Part shown: one piece after another, positions 9,232-20,897 of the stretch
How the letters are laid out: every line of letters starts with the position of its first letter
Position numbering within the stretch: the first letter of the stretch is position 1
Assembly (NCBI GenBank): GCA_044450345.1
Contig: JBIOIY010000034.1
Location: forward strand, 1-35,393
Length of the DNA stretch: 35,393 bases
Origin: Thermodesulfovibrionales bacterium
GTDB lineage: Bacteria; Nitrospirota; Thermodesulfovibrionia; Thermodesulfovibrionales; UBA6898
Reading direction: 5' to 3'
Notes under the pieces: generated by a model
The model's input: the letters and a program-made list of their open reading frames with translations, nothing else
The model's database searches: none
Told to the model about the DNA's origin: nothing
Program-made: the position numbers and the translations under genes

Positions 9232-9271
9232 AAGGCTTCATTTTTGGCAGGTGGTGAAGTGTTTAGACAAT

Positions 9272-9287
9272 TGGCACGAAACGTGTT
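9272..9287 (+). promoter_or_regulatory. sigma54 -24/-12 promoter of the prp operon (variant -12)
   Basis: TGGCACG-AAAC-GTGTT: perfect -24 element, GT instead of GC at -12. Confidence 0.55.
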
Positions 9288-9528
9288 AACTTGTCTACAA
9301 AAGACAGCAAAATTAAATCGAGGGCGAAAAAGTAATTTTTTGAATCGCTACGGGAGGTAAATCCGGTGAAAGTAATTGGAGCAGACATATTAAGGGTGGA
9401 GAGACCTGGATGAAGGGTCATGGCATCGGTATTGTGGCCTGCGTGAATTTGCAGTATTATTGGGGAACATCCTTCCATCGCCGTCGTGGTTGGGGGGTAA
9501 TTTTGCGTTGCTTCAGGAGGACCCACTT

Positions 9529-10416
9529 ATGACGAAACCGTTATCGCCGGGAGCCCGTTTCAGGGCGGCAGTACTTGAGGAGAAACCTTTACAGGTGGCA
9601 GGCGCGATCAACGCCTACACTGCCCATCTCGCCGAGCGCGAAGGCTTCAAGGCGCTCTATGTCTCAGGCGGCGGCGTGGCCGCCGGCTCTCTCGGGGTCC
9701 CCGATCTCGGCATCAGCACGATGGATGATGTGCTTACCGACGTGCGGCGAGTTACCGATATTACCGGCCTTCCCGTGCTGGTGGATATTGATACCGGTTG
9801 GGGCGGCGCCTTTAACATTTCGAGGACCATCAGGTCGATGATAAAGTTCGGTGCCGCCGCAGTGCATATTGAGGACCAGGTCCAGGCGAAACGCTGCGGT
9901 CATCGTCCTGGAAAGGCGATCGTGAGCAAAGAAGAGATGGTTGACCGCATTAAGGCTGCGGTCGACGCGAAGACCGACCCTGACTTTGTCATCATGGCCA
10001 GGACCGACGCCTTTGCCGTTGAAGGGCTTCAGGCCGCCATCGACCGGGCCTCCGCCTGTGTGGAAGCAGGGGCCGACATGATCTTTCCCGAGGCGATCAC
10101 GGAACTCGCTATGTACAAGGAATTCGCAGGCGCAGTGAAAGTGCCGGTCCTTGCCAACATCACCGAGTTCGGCTCAACCCCCTTATTTACCGTTGAAGAG
10201 TTGCGCCGTGCGGATGTCTCCATTGTGCTGTATCCCCTCTCGGCATTCCGCGCGATGAGCAAGGCTGCGCTCTCGGTCTATCACGCGATACGCCGCGAAG
10301 GTACCCAGAAGAACGTGATCGATCTCATGCAGACCCGCGCGGAACTGTACGATTATCTTGATTACCATGCCTTTGAAGAAAAACTCGACAAAATCTTTTC
10401 CAAGGAGAAAAATTGA
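9529..10416 (+). CDS. prpB: 2-methylisocitrate lyase
   Basis: Active-site [32 protein letters not shown] after CAGGAGG. Confidence 0.97.
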   Translation: MTKPLSPGARFRAAVLEEKPLQVAGAINAYTAHLAEREGFKALYVSGGGVAAGSLGVPDLGISTMDDVLTDVRRVTDITGLPVLVDIDTGWGGAFNISRTIRSMIKFGAAAVHIEDQVQAKRCGHRPGKAIVSKEEMVDRIKAAVDAKTDPDFVIMARTDAFAVEGLQAAIDRASACVEAGADMIFPEAITELAMYKEFAGAVKVPVLANITEFGSTPLFTVEELRRADVSIVLYPLSAFRAMSKAALSVYHAIRREGTQKNVIDLMQTRAELYDYLDYHAFEEKLDKIFSKEKN

Positions 10417-11591
10417 TGAGCGCAAGCACCATTACCGAACACGCTACAGAAAACACCATGCCGAAAGTAAAAAAGTCGGTTGCCCTTTCAGGCGTCGTCG
10501 CCGGCAATACCGCGGTCTGCAGTGTGGGGCGCACAGGGAACGACCTGCACTACCGTGGCTATGACATCGTTGAGCTTGCGAGGAACGCCGCCTTCGAGGA
10601 GGTCGCCTTTCTTCTCGTCCATGGCGAATTGCCCACTCAGTCGGACCTGAAGGATTACGTGAAGAAACTAAAGAGTCTGCGCGAGCTGCCGGCGCATGTG
10701 AAGACGGCGCTGGAACTTATTCCTGCGGCGGCCCACCCAATGGATGTGCTCCGCACGGGGTGCTCTGTCCTGGGCACTGTTCTGCCCGAGAAGGATGACC
10801 GCAATATCCAGGGCGCGCGGGACGTGATAGACCGGCTCGTAGCATCTTTCAGCTCGATGCTCCTCTATTGGTGGCATTACAGTCAGAACGGCCGCAGGAT
10901 CAGTGTAGAGACGGAAGATGACTCGGTGGCGGGCCACTTTCTCCATCTGCTCCACGGAAGGAAACCTTCTGCGCTTCACGAGAAGGCGCTGGACCAATCA
11001 CTGATCCTCTATGCGGAGCATGAGTTTACCGCTTCTACCTTTGCCGCCCGCGTGATCACGGGGACGCTCTCTGATGTGTATTCTGCGGTAACAGGGGCGA
11101 TCGGTGCGCTGCGGGGACCGAAACACGGGGGCGCCAACGAAGCTGCCCACGAGATCCAGCGGCGTTACCGCTCTGCGGATGAGGCTGAGGCCGATATCAA
11201 GGCCAGGGTCGCCAGCAAGGAGATCATCATCGGCTTCGGACACCCTGTATATACGGTCAGCGATCCCAGAAACCCCATCATCAAAGAACTTGCAAAGAAC
11301 CTTTGCAGTGACGGAGATAATATGAACCTCTTTTCGGTCGCAGACCGCATCGAGACGGTCATGAGGAGGGAGAAGAATATGTTTGCCAACCTGGACTGGT
11401 ATTCCGCGGTTGCGTATCATATGATGGGTGTGCCGACTTCTCTCTTCACTCCCATATTTGTGATCTCAAGGACAACAGGCTGGGGGGCCCACGTCATAGA
11501 GCAGCGGCTGGACAACAAGATCATCCGGCCCTCTGCAAACTACATAGGAGAGGAAGACCGGCAATATGCTCCCATCAAGAGCAGGCTGTAA
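10416..11591 (+). CDS. prpC: 2-methylcitrate synthase
   Basis: [62 protein letters not shown] coupling to prpB. Confidence 0.96.
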   Translation: MSASTITEHATENTMPKVKKSVALSGVVAGNTAVCSVGRTGNDLHYRGYDIVELARNAAFEEVAFLLVHGELPTQSDLKDYVKKLKSLRELPAHVKTALELIPAAAHPMDVLRTGCSVLGTVLPEKDDRNIQGARDVIDRLVASFSSMLLYWWHYSQNGRRISVETEDDSVAGHFLHLLHGRKPSALHEKALDQSLILYAEHEFTASTFAARVITGTLSDVYSAVTGAIGALRGPKHGGANEAAHEIQRRYRSADEAEADIKARVASKEIIIGFGHPVYTVSDPRNPIIKELAKNLCSDGDNMNLFSVADRIETVMRREKNMFANLDWYSAVAYHMMGVPTSLFTPIFVISRTTGWGAHVIEQRLDNKIIRPSANYIGEEDRQYAPIKSRL

Positions 11592-11596
11592 CCACT

Positions 11597-13039
11597 ATGA
11601 GCGCAAATATCTCCAATGTCCGCCCTGATCCTGACAAGGTCCTGCTTGATATCGCCGACTATGTCTGCGACTACGAGATCAAATCGGCTGAGGCATTTGA
11701 CACGGCCCGCAACTGTCTAATGGACACCGTCGGATGCGGGCTTGAGGCCTTAGGGTATCCGGCATGTACGAAACTTCTCGGCCCCATTGTTTACGGCACG
11801 ATAGTTCCCAACGGGGCAAAGGTCCCCGGGACGCAGTTTCAGCTCGACCCTGTGCAGGCGGCCTTCAACATCGGCACGATGGTCCGCTGGCTGGACTTCA
11901 ATGACACGTGGCTGGCGGCAGAATGGGGCCATCCCTCGGACAATCTGGGGGGGATCCTTGCCGCCGCGGATTATCTCTCCCGCAAGTCCGTTGCAGACGG
12001 AAAAAGGCCGGTGGTGATCAGGGACGTATTGACCGCCATGATAAAGGCGCATGAGATCCAGGGGGTGATAGCCCTCGAGAACTCATTTAACCGTGTCGGT
12101 CTCGACCATGTGGTCCTGGTGAAGGTCGCCACCACCGGGGTAGTGACCAGGTTGATGGGGGGCAGCAGGGAAGAGGTGATCAACGCACTCTCAAATGCGT
12201 GGATAGACGGCCAGTCTCTCCGGACCTACCGTCATGCCCCGAATACGGGCTCCCGGAAATCGTGGGCGGCAGGCGATGCTACCTCACGGGGCGTGAGACT
12301 AGCGCTGATGGCCCTGAAAGGAGAAATGGGCTATCCCTCTGCCCTGACCGCCAAGACCTGGGGGTTCTATGACGTCCTCTTCAAGGGAAATGAATTCAAG
12401 TTCCAGCGGCCTTACGGCTCTTATGTGATGGAGAATATCCTCTTCAAGATATCCTTCCCTGCAGAGTTCCACGCCCAGACTGCTGTAGAGTGTGCGCTGC
12501 AGCTGCATCCCGGGGTAAAAGACAGGCTTGCCCGGATCGAGAAGATCGAGATCACGACCCATGAGTCGGCCATCCGCATCATCGACAAGAAAGGGCCGTT
12601 ACACAATCCCGCGGACAGGGACCATTGCATCCAATATATGGTGGCGATAGGCCTCATCTTTGGAGAGCTTACGGCTGCGCATTACGAAGACAGCGTGGCA
12701 GCAGACCCGCGGATCGACACCTTGCGGGACAAGATGACCTGTATCGAGAACCCCCAATATAGCAGGGATTATCTCGATCCTTCGAAGCGTTCTATCGCGA
12801 ATGCGATACAGATTTTTTTCAAGGACGGTACAAGCACCGAAAAGGTCGAAGTGGAATATCCCATCGGCCACCACCGTCGCCGCAAGGAAGGCATTCCGTT
12901 GCTCGTTGATAAGTTCAGGACCAATCTGGGCCGCCGTTTCCCGGTCAAACAGCAAAAGGCGATCCTCGCCGTCTGCCTGGACCAGGCAAGGCTTGAGGCC
13001 GTGCCGGTTAATGAATTCGTTGACATGTTCGTCATTTGA
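11597..13039 (+). CDS. prpD: 2-methylcitrate dehydratase
   Basis: [47 protein letters not shown]. Confidence 0.98.
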   Translation: MSANISNVRPDPDKVLLDIADYVCDYEIKSAEAFDTARNCLMDTVGCGLEALGYPACTKLLGPIVYGTIVPNGAKVPGTQFQLDPVQAAFNIGTMVRWLDFNDTWLAAEWGHPSDNLGGILAAADYLSRKSVADGKRPVVIRDVLTAMIKAHEIQGVIALENSFNRVGLDHVVLVKVATTGVVTRLMGGSREEVINALSNAWIDGQSLRTYRHAPNTGSRKSWAAGDATSRGVRLALMALKGEMGYPSALTAKTWGFYDVLFKGNEFKFQRPYGSYVMENILFKISFPAEFHAQTAVECALQLHPGVKDRLARIEKIEITTHESAIRIIDKKGPLHNPADRDHCIQYMVAIGLIFGELTAAHYEDSVAADPRIDTLRDKMTCIENPQYSRDYLDPSKRSIANAIQIFFKDGTSTEKVEVEYPIGHHRRRKEGIPLLVDKFRTNLGRRFPVKQQKAILAVCLDQARLEAVPVNEFVDMFVI

Positions 13040-13186
13040 CCATGCTCGCGGAGTGCATCACAAAAGAGGAGTGTAGGCATAATATCTGTTATCCTTATTA
13101 TGCGTCCCTTACATGGACAGGCGATTATGAGAAAGGAACTTCGGGAAAGTCGAAGAAGAGATAAATTCCGGAATGGGAGGTAACTA

Positions 13187-15103
13187 ATGGGAAAGTACGA
13201 CGAGGTTTTTCAGAGGAGCATCAAGGACCCTACGCGCTTCTGGGGAGAGGCGGCAGAGGCCATCGACTGGTATAAGAAATGGGACAAGGTCCTCGATGAT
13301 TCACGCAAGCCCTTTTACCGTTGGTTCACCGGAGGAGAGCTGAACACGTGCTATAACGCCCTTGACCGGCACGTCGAAAAGGGAAGGGCCGACCAGACCG
13401 CGCTCATCTATGACAGTCCGGTCACTAATACGATACAGAAGTTTACGTACAGTGAACTCCTTGACATAGTTGCACGGTTTGCCGGCGGTCTGAAGGGACT
13501 CGGGGTGGGTAAGGGCGATACTATCATTATTTATATGCCGATGATCCCGCAGGCCGTAATCGCGATGCTTGCCTGTGCCCGTTTGGGCGCTGTCCACTCC
13601 GTGGTCTTCGGAGGGTTTGCGCCCCATGAGCTTGCGATCCGCATTGACGATGCAAAACCCAAGGCTGTTATTACGGCATCGGGAGCCATCGAAGGGCCCC
13701 GCATCCTCGAGTATAAGCCGATGCTCGACAAGGCGATCGAACTCGCCAAACACAAACCTGAAAAGTGCATCATCTTTCAGAGGAATTTCGTGAAGGCAGC
13801 GCTCTTCAGGGGGCGGGATCTGGACTGGGAGCAGCTTGCAGCGAAGGCAGAGCCTGCGGAGTGCGTGCCTGTGAAAGCCACGGACCCGCTTTATATTCTC
13901 TACACTTCCGGAACGACCGGGATCCCGAAGGGGATCGTCCGGGACAACGGCGGCCATGCGGTGGCATTGAGATGGAGTCTTGAAAATATCTACGACACGA
14001 AACCCGGCGAGGTCTACTGGGCCGCCTCAGACGTGGGATGGGTGGTCGGCCATTCTTATATAGTCTATGGTCCTCTTTTGACCGGCTGTACGACGGTCCT
14101 GTACGAGGGAAAGCCGGTAGGCACCCCGAACCCCGGGGCCTTCTGGAGGGTGATCTCCCAGCATGGCGTCAAGACCCTTTTTACTGCACCCACCGCCTTT
14201 CGGGCGATAAAGAGGGAAGACCCCATAGGTGAACATATAAAAAAGTATGACCTTTCGGAATTCAAATATCTTTTCCTTGCGGGCGAACGGCTTGACCCCG
14301 ATACGTATCACTGGGCCAGTAAACTTCTCGGCAAACCCGTGATAGACCACTGGTGGCAGACCGAGACAGGATGGCCCATCACGGCCAATTGCGCCGGGAT
14401 AGAATCATTCACGATTAAACCCGGTTCTTCCACAAAGGCGGTTCCCGGGTTTGACGTCCGGATTCTCGATACCGGTGGAAAGGAGCTTGGGCCGAAAGAG
14501 GAAGGGCTTGTCGCCATAAAGCTCCCGCTTCCGCCGGGGACATTGCCGACGCTCTGGAACGCGGATGAAAGGTTCATTCAGTCTTATGTAAAAATGTTCG
14601 AAGGATATTATTTCACCGCTGACGGAGGATACAAAGATGAAGACGGCTACCTCTTCATCATGGGCCGCGTTGATGACGTGATAAATGTCGCAGGCCACAG
14701 GCTTTCCACAGGCGAGATAGAGGAGATCATCGCGACCCACCCCGACGTCGCGGAATGTGCGGTCATCGGCGCCGGTGATTCTCTGAAAGGGCAGTTGCCG
14801 CTCGGCTTTGCGGTCCTGAAGGCAGGGGTGAAAAAGGATCCTGAGGATATCAGGCGGGAACTGACAAAACTCATTCGAAATGAAATCGGCCCCATTGCCT
14901 GCTACAAAGAGACGGCGATCGTGGGGAGGCTTCCGAAGACCCGTTCAGGGAAAATCCTGAGGGGCACCATGCGGAAGATCGCCGACGGCGAGGAGTTCAA
15001 GGTACCTTCCACCATCGACGATCCCGCGACCCTCGTGGAGATAGAGGAGGCGCTGAAGGGCATCGGGTACGCCAGGAAAGATAAAGGTTATCTGGTGCTA
15101 TAG
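13187..15103 (+). CDS. prpE: Propionyl-CoA synthetase (acetate/propionate--CoA ligase)
   Basis: YTSGTTGIPKG, DHWWQTETG, GRVDDVINVAGHRL, PKTRSGKILR; operon context. Confidence 0.9.
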   Translation: MGKYDEVFQRSIKDPTRFWGEAAEAIDWYKKWDKVLDDSRKPFYRWFTGGELNTCYNALDRHVEKGRADQTALIYDSPVTNTIQKFTYSELLDIVARFAGGLKGLGVGKGDTIIIYMPMIPQAVIAMLACARLGAVHSVVFGGFAPHELAIRIDDAKPKAVITASGAIEGPRILEYKPMLDKAIELAKHKPEKCIIFQRNFVKAALFRGRDLDWEQLAAKAEPAECVPVKATDPLYILYTSGTTGIPKGIVRDNGGHAVALRWSLENIYDTKPGEVYWAASDVGWVVGHSYIVYGPLLTGCTTVLYEGKPVGTPNPGAFWRVISQHGVKTLFTAPTAFRAIKREDPIGEHIKKYDLSEFKYLFLAGERLDPDTYHWASKLLGKPVIDHWWQTETGWPITANCAGIESFTIKPGSSTKAVPGFDVRILDTGGKELGPKEEGLVAIKLPLPPGTLPTLWNADERFIQSYVKMFEGYYFTADGGYKDEDGYLFIMGRVDDVINVAGHRLSTGEIEEIIATHPDVAECAVIGAGDSLKGQLPLGFAVLKAGVKKDPEDIRRELTKLIRNEIGPIACYKETAIVGRLPKTRSGKILRGTMRKIADGEEFKVPSTIDDPATLVEIEEALKGIGYARKDKGYLVL

Positions 15104-15149
15104 TGAAAAAGGCAATACAGCATGAACTGGAAACAATGAGCGCAAAGGC

Positions 15150-15821
15150 ATGAATTTCTTTAAGAGCACGGTAGGAAGAAAGATAGTGATGGCTGTCTCA
15201 GGTTTTTCGATGCTCGCTTTCATCGTGGTGCATCTCCTCGGGAATACCTCGATGTACGCGGGGCCTGACGGCATGAATGCCTATGCGCAGTTGCTGCACC
15301 GGTTCCCTCTCCTTATCTGGGTGTTCCGTCTGATACTGCTCGCGATGTTCTATGCACACGTCTTCTACGGCATTGCATTGACCCTTGAAAACAGAGCAGC
15401 AAAACCGCAGACTTACAAGGTGAAAAAAAATATCCGGGCCTCCTTTGCAGGAAAAAACATGATCTGGACAGGGGTTTTGATCGGGTTGTTCCTTGTCTAC
15501 CATCTGCTCCATTTCACGTTTCAGGTAACTGATCCCGGGATTTCGGCGAGCAGGCATCTTGATGCATTGGGCCGTCCTGATGTCTTCATGATGGTGGTGC
15601 TCAGCTTCCGTAAACTCGTTGTCTCTCTTGTGTACGTCGGCGCAATGGCCGCCCTTGGCCTGCATCTAGGCCACGCCATCCAGAGTCTGCCGCAGACAAT
15701 GGGACTGAACAATGACACCACCTTGCCGCTTTTCGTCGGGGGGGGGATACTTGTCGCGATACTCATTTCTCTCGGGTTTGCCGCATTTCCGATAGTTATT
15801 TTTACGGGTATTTTGAAATAG
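15150..15821 (+). CDS. sdhC: Succinate dehydrogenase/fumarate reductase cytochrome b subunit (single 5-TM anchor)
   Basis: STVGRKIVMAVSG, HLLGN and further TM histidines (HVFYG, HLLHF, HLGHA). Confidence 0.9.
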   Translation: MNFFKSTVGRKIVMAVSGFSMLAFIVVHLLGNTSMYAGPDGMNAYAQLLHRFPLLIWVFRLILLAMFYAHVFYGIALTLENRAAKPQTYKVKKNIRASFAGKNMIWTGVLIGLFLVYHLLHFTFQVTDPGISASRHLDALGRPDVFMMVVLSFRKLVVSLVYVGAMAALGLHLGHAIQSLPQTMGLNNDTTLPLFVGGGILVAILISLGFAAFPIVIFTGILK

Positions 15822-15875
15822 AGGTGAAAGGGCGATGATGCAAAAAGCGAAAGTAAGAAGCACAAAGAGGTTGCT

Positions 15876-17786
15876 ATGATCCTCGACGGGAAATGTCCCT
15901 CCGGTCCGCTCTCTGAAAAGTGGGAGAGGCACCGGCATGAGATGTTACTGGTGAGTCCCGCAAACAAGCGGAAGTACAAGATCATCGTTGTCGGCACCGG
16001 ACTCGCGGGTTCGTCCGCGGCAGCGACACTCGGGGAACTCGGGTATATGGTCGAGGCCTTCTGCCATCTCGACAGCGCCCGCCGCGCCCACAGCATCGCC
16101 GCACAGGGAGGCATCAACGCAGCCAAGAATTATCCCAATGACGGTGACAGCATATTCAGGCTCTTTCATGACACGATCAAGGGAGGGGATTTCAGGTCCC
16201 GCGAAGCTAACGTCTACCGGCTGGCGACGGTCAGCAACAATATCATCGACCAGTGCGTGGCCCAGGGCGTCCCCTTTGCACGCGACTACGCCGGATATCT
16301 CGATAACCGTTCCTTCGGAGGCGCTCAGGTCTCCCGCACTTTCTACGCAAGGGGACAGACGGGCCAGCAGTTGCTGCTCGGTGCGTATTCGGCGCTTTCC
16401 AGGCAGGTGAGGGCCGGCTCAGTAATACTTCATACCCGTACGGAGATGCTCGACCTGGTTGTCGTGAACGGCGAGGCGAAGGGGATAACGGTCCGCGACA
16501 TGGTCACCGGCAAGATAAGCTCTCATGCGGCAGACGCGGTCTGCCTCTGTACCGGCGGGTATATGAACGTCTTCTATCTCTCGACGAATTCGATGGGGAG
16601 CAACGTTACCGCCACGTTCCGGGCCTACAAAAAAGGCGCATTCTTTGCAAACCCCTGTTACACTCAGATCCATCCGACATGCATCCCGGTGAGCGGCGAC
16701 CATCAGTCCAAGCTCACCCTCATGTCTGAATCACTCAGGAACGACGGCAGGGTCTGGGTCCCCAGGGTCAAGGGAGACAGGCGCTCCCCCAATGAGATAC
16801 CCGAGGAGGAAAGGGACTACTACCTTGAGCGCAAGTACCCGAGTTTCGGCAACCTCGCGCCGCGTGATATCTCGTCCCGTGCCGCCAAGGAGGTCTGCGA
16901 TGAGGGCCTGGGCGTAGGCGCGGGCGGCCGCGGCGTCTACCTTGACTTTGCCGACGCGATCAGGCGGATCGGGGAGGACACGATACGCGAGCGCTATGGG
17001 AATCTTTTTGATATGTACCAGAAGATTACCGGCGAAAATGCGTATACACAACCGATGCGCATGTACCCTGCGCCGCACTATGCCATGGGCGGCCTCTGGG
17101 CGGATTACAATCTTCAGAGCAATGTCCAGGGTCTCTTTGTGCTCGGCGAGGCAAACTTCTCCGATCACGGCGCAAACAGACTCGGCGCAAGCGCACTCAT
17201 GCAGGGGCTTGCCGACGGATATTTCATTGTTCCGTATACCATAGCCGACTATCTTGCCCGTACAGAACCAGGCAAAGTGAGCACCGGCGGACCGGAGTTC
17301 ATTAAGTCGGTGGAAGAGGCCGAGAGGTTCATCAAGAGACTTCTCTGCGCTAAAGGAAAAAAGACGGTGAACGAATTTCACCGTGAACTCGGGAGTATCA
17401 TGTGGGAAAATGCCGGGATGACGCGCAGCCGCGAGGGCCTCACAAAGGCGCTTACACTGGTTTCTGAACTCCGCGACGAATTCTGGGAAAACGTGATGGT
17501 CCCCGGGAACGAAGCAGAACTGAACCAGGAACTCGAAAAGGCGGGCCGGGTTGCCGACTTCCTCGAGTTCGGCGAACTCCTCGTACGGGATGCGCTGCAC
17601 CGAAACGAGTCTTGCGGAAGCCACTTCCGCACGGAGTACCAGACCCCGGAGGGTGAGGCTAAGCGCGACGACGAGAACTTCTGCTATGTCGCCGCCTGGG
17701 AGTTCAGGGGCGGCAGAGAGCCCGAACTGCACAAGGAGCCGCTCGTATTCGAGAACGTCCATCTCGGGGTGAGGAGTTACAAATAA
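15876..17786 (+). CDS. sdhA: Succinate dehydrogenase/fumarate reductase flavoprotein
   Basis: [16 protein letters not shown] (covalent FAD His), [30 protein letters not shown]. Confidence 0.96.
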   Translation: MILDGKCPSGPLSEKWERHRHEMLLVSPANKRKYKIIVVGTGLAGSSAAATLGELGYMVEAFCHLDSARRAHSIAAQGGINAAKNYPNDGDSIFRLFHDTIKGGDFRSREANVYRLATVSNNIIDQCVAQGVPFARDYAGYLDNRSFGGAQVSRTFYARGQTGQQLLLGAYSALSRQVRAGSVILHTRTEMLDLVVVNGEAKGITVRDMVTGKISSHAADAVCLCTGGYMNVFYLSTNSMGSNVTATFRAYKKGAFFANPCYTQIHPTCIPVSGDHQSKLTLMSESLRNDGRVWVPRVKGDRRSPNEIPEEERDYYLERKYPSFGNLAPRDISSRAAKEVCDEGLGVGAGGRGVYLDFADAIRRIGEDTIRERYGNLFDMYQKITGENAYTQPMRMYPAPHYAMGGLWADYNLQSNVQGLFVLGEANFSDHGANRLGASALMQGLADGYFIVPYTIADYLARTEPGKVSTGGPEFIKSVEEAERFIKRLLCAKGKKTVNEFHRELGSIMWENAGMTRSREGLTKALTLVSELRDEFWENVMVPGNEAELNQELEKAGRVADFLEFGELLVRDALHRNESCGSHFRTEYQTPEGEAKRDDENFCYVAAWEFRGGREPELHKEPLVFENVHLGVRSYK

Positions 17787-18523
17787 TGGATCTTACACTC
17801 TATGTCTGGAGACAGGGCGGCCCGGACAAACCGGGTAGGCTGGAAGAATACCGGGCGAGCGAAATAAGCCCCGACATGTCCTTTCTCGAGATGCTTGATG
17901 TCGTCAATGAGGACCTGATCAAGACGGGCAAAGAGCCGATAGCGTTTGACCACGACTGCCGTGAGGGGATCTGCGGCACATGTTCCCAGGTCATAAACGG
18001 TGTGCCTCACGGGCCTCGGGAAAAGACGACCGTCTGCCAACTCCATATGAGGCACTTCAAGGACGGTGACACCCTTTACATCGAACCCTGGCGGGCGAGG
18101 GCCTTCCCCGTGATAAAGGACCTGATCGTAGACCGGAGCGCCCTCGAACGGATCATGCAGTCCGGCGGCTACGTCTCCGTCTATACGGGAGGCGTTCCAG
18201 ATGCCAATGCGGTCCTCATCCCGAAGGCCGATGCGGATATTGCGATGGACGCTGCGGAGTGCATCGGTTGCGGGGCGTGCGTTGCTGCATGTCCGAACGG
18301 TTCCGCAATGCTCTTCACGGCTGCGAAGGTGGCGCATCTGGCGAGGCTGCCCCAGGGGAAGGTCGAGGCTGCACGGCGTGTCTGTCTGATGACCGAGGAG
18401 ATGCTTCGGGAAGGGTTCGGCAATTGCGGCAATCATTACGAATGCCAGGCGGTATGCCCGAAAGGGATCAAGGTGCAGTTCATCGCGAAACTGAACAGGG
18501 AGTTTATAAAGGCCCGGTTATAA
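17786..18523 (+). CDS. sdhB: Succinate dehydrogenase/fumarate reductase Fe-S subunit
   Basis: [32 protein letters not shown]. Confidence 0.96.
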   Translation: MDLTLYVWRQGGPDKPGRLEEYRASEISPDMSFLEMLDVVNEDLIKTGKEPIAFDHDCREGICGTCSQVINGVPHGPREKTTVCQLHMRHFKDGDTLYIEPWRARAFPVIKDLIVDRSALERIMQSGGYVSVYTGGVPDANAVLIPKADADIAMDAAECIGCGACVAACPNGSAMLFTAAKVAHLARLPQGKVEAARRVCLMTEEMLREGFGNCGNHYECQAVCPKGIKVQFIAKLNREFIKARL

Positions 18524-18531
18524 GGATGCTT

Positions 18532-19494
18532 TCAGAACCTTCTCTTGTAGGTCAGATTAAAGGTGACGTCAGGGGCGCCTGCGGTATTGGGGTCTTCGGT
18601 AAGGGAAAATTCGAGGCTGTTTTTCCCGGATGCGTACCTGCCGCCAAAGGTGAGAAGCGCCGCTATCCTGTCCACAGACCCGATGTCTGTTTTGGGAAAA
18701 GGCGAGGTTTGAAACATTATCTGTCCAAGTAAACTGAAGTGCTTCCAGATCGCTGCCTCGACGCCGGCGCCTGCATGAAAAGAAGTCCTCAAGGCGACTT
18801 CGTCGCGAGCCCTGAGACTGCCGGGGAATATGACACCGGCGTTCCAGTACGACATGAATCGTTCGCTGATCCTCTTGTCGACCAGAAGGGTGAGCCCTGT
18901 ATCTATACCGCCGCTTCCATGACCGTCTGAAGCGTCACCCGTCGGGAGTTCAATCTCCGCCCGTATACTCACGGCCGGATCGTTCTTCAGTATCTCTTTC
19001 TTTAAGGTCAGGCGGACATCGCCTATCCCGATCTCTCCGTTCTTGCCCTGAACGACCAGTGCCCCGTTCCTCCTGACCTCGTAAAGAAAACTGTTGACAG
19101 GTCTTGCGTCCCTCCCGTAATCGGGGAAGCCGAAGGTCTTGTGATAGCTGTCCAGAAAGCCGTCCATGAACCCGCTTTCGAGGCTGAGTATCGGGACCTC
19201 CAGGCCGACCTCAAAGAGACCGGGGATGACCTTTTTGAACCTGAGATCGAGCTCCGTAATCTCCATGTCGAGGTTGACCGACCAGTTTGCCGAGTTCCTC
19301 GTCACGAAGACGCTCGAATGAGAGAGTGCAGCGGAAAAGGAATTTTCCGTGACGGCCGATTCGAGGACCGGAGCATCCAGATGAAGAAACAGAGGGAACT
19401 GGTTCTTTACCCGAAGCGGACCTTCGAAGGCGAATGACGGCAGTGACGAAAAAAGCATGACAGCGAGAAAGTGCAAAAAGATTCTCTTCTTCAT
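18532..19494 (-). CDS. DUF3187-like exported, probably outer-membrane beta-barrel protein
   Basis: Signal peptide, GPLRVKNQFP, GFMDGFLDSYHKTFG, LPTGD, APDVTF, terminal Phe. Confidence 0.75.
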   Translation of the reverse strand: MKKRIFLHFLAVMLFSSLPSFAFEGPLRVKNQFPLFLHLDAPVLESAVTENSFSAALSHSSVFVTRNSANWSVNLDMEITELDLRFKKVIPGLFEVGLEVPILSLESGFMDGFLDSYHKTFGFPDYGRDARPVNSFLYEVRRNGALVVQGKNGEIGIGDVRLTLKKEILKNDPAVSIRAEIELPTGDASDGHGSGGIDTGLTLLVDKRISERFMSYWNAGVIFPGSLRARDEVALRTSFHAGAGVEAAIWKHFSLLGQIMFQTSPFPKTDIGSVDRIAALLTFGGRYASGKNSLEFSLTEDPNTAGAPDVTFNLTYKRRF

Positions 19495-19546
19495 GGCGTG
19501 ATTACCATAGCAGTCTGTAGCGGACGGAGTCAATTATGCATATGGT

Positions 19547-20197
19547 TCAGAATTGTGATTTGAACCGGGTAAAGTCCTGTCTGAGCTCTTCCAGTTCTCT
19601 CCTGATCTGTGCGATCTCTTCTTCTAATCTTGCGATCGCTTCGTTTGCCGGTTCCCCGGCTTCCACAGATTCGGCATGCTGATCAGTCTTGACCGCCATG
19701 TCCTGCGGCGAGAAGAGATGCGCGTAACGTGGTTCCTTCCTCCCGGCCTCCCTCGGCAGCTTTGTAACGAGGGGCGGATCGTGTTCCAACAGAGCCCGCA
19801 GCGTTTCTTCGATTTCCCCTATATTTACGAAGGGGGCCATTCTTTCGGCATTAGAACGGAGCTCGCCGGGGGTTTGCGGGCCCCGAAGCATGAGCTCACA
19901 CAGGACCGCCACTTCAGGCCTCGACAGATCGAACCGGGACAGTAATTCATGCACGTATTTCGCAACGCGGCTGCCCGATATCTGGGTCTCCCGTGCGAGT
20001 CCATTTTGCCGCAGTCCGTCAAGTCCTTTTAATACGGTGGCTTCGTCGACCGAGAGGACGGGTCTGCGGTTTGATTTCTGGTTGCAGGCGTTCGTCAGTG
20101 CATTCAACGAAAGGGGATAATACTCGGGGGTGGTAAGCTCCTTTTCGATGAGGCAACCCAGAATACGGACTTCCATATCATCCAACACGATATCCAT
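19547..20197 (-). CDS. YceH/DUF480 (UPF0502) family protein
   Basis: RILGCLIEKELTTPEYYPLSLNAL, CNQKSNR, LRGPQTPGEL, RYAHL, coiled-coil tail. Confidence 0.93.
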   Translation of the reverse strand: MDIVLDDMEVRILGCLIEKELTTPEYYPLSLNALTNACNQKSNRRPVLSVDEATVLKGLDGLRQNGLARETQISGSRVAKYVHELLSRFDLSRPEVAVLCELMLRGPQTPGELRSNAERMAPFVNIGEIEETLRALLEHDPPLVTKLPREAGRKEPRYAHLFSPQDMAVKTDQHAESVEAGEPANEAIARLEEEIAQIRRELEELRQDFTRFKSQF

Positions 20198-20348
20198 TTT
20201 AATACCTCCTCCATCCGGTATATATAACCTACACTATCCGTGTCTCCTTTGCGACCTTCAAAAAAAATGAGTGCATTCCTCCGGCCGAGCATAGAGCTTT
20301 TTTCCGTGATATACTGTTTAAGGAAATCGGAGAAAAGGAGATACCGTC

Positions 20349-20741
20349 ATGAAATACCTCGTGCTGCTCGGAAGAATTTTGTACTCTTCAATATTCGTGA
20401 TGGCCGCACCCGGCCATTTCTCTGCAAAAACCATCGCCTTCGCCGCGGGCAAAGGCGTGCCGATAGCGTCGCTGGCGGTGCCCTTGTCAGGGGTGATCGC
20501 CTTTTTGGGAGGAATGAGTATCCTTCTTGGTTACAAGGCAAAGCTCGGCGCCTGGCTCACCGTCCTCTTTCTGGTGCCGGTCACGATCATGATCCATAAT
20601 TTCTGGGCTATTTCGGATCCGGTACAGGCGCAGATCCAGCAAGTTAACTTTATGAAAAACCTCTCCATGCTCGGGGCGGCCTTCTTGATCGCCCATTTCG
20701 GCTCGGGCCCCATGAGTCTTGACGCCAGAAAGAAGGGCTGA
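20349..20741 (+). CDS. DoxX family membrane protein
   Basis: LGRIL, HNFW, FMKNLSMLG, GSGPMSLD. Confidence 0.92.
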   Translation: MKYLVLLGRILYSSIFVMAAPGHFSAKTIAFAAGKGVPIASLAVPLSGVIAFLGGMSILLGYKAKLGAWLTVLFLVPVTIMIHNFWAISDPVQAQIQQVNFMKNLSMLGAAFLIAHFGSGPMSLDARKKG

Positions 20742-20897
20742 GGCGCCTTCACACGCAGGATTAGGAAACATATTCATTAAGTAGGGTTGATGTTTTTATA
20801 ACATAAGCGAAAATTAAGGTGAGGATGAAATGGGCCCGGAAGAAAGCGGGATACATTTTCCGGGCAGTTGCCAAATCTTTATAAACGGAGGTCAATC

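Noticed and set aside
9421..9436. Second sigma54-like element TGGCATCGGTATTGTG
   Set aside because: Weaker -24, also lacks the -12 GC, and is poorly placed relative to the UAS and IHF site; not fully excluded.
16731..17762. 343-aa minus-strand ORF and other long antisense ORFs (1596-2279, 13301-13957, 17777-18436, 26636-27376, 28259-29212)
   Set aside because: Shadows of well-supported genes on the opposite strand, with no recognizable motifs.
20788..20805. Possible FNR box upstream of the HAO-like gene
   Set aside because: Only the TTGAT half-site is present; no ATCAA at the required spacing.
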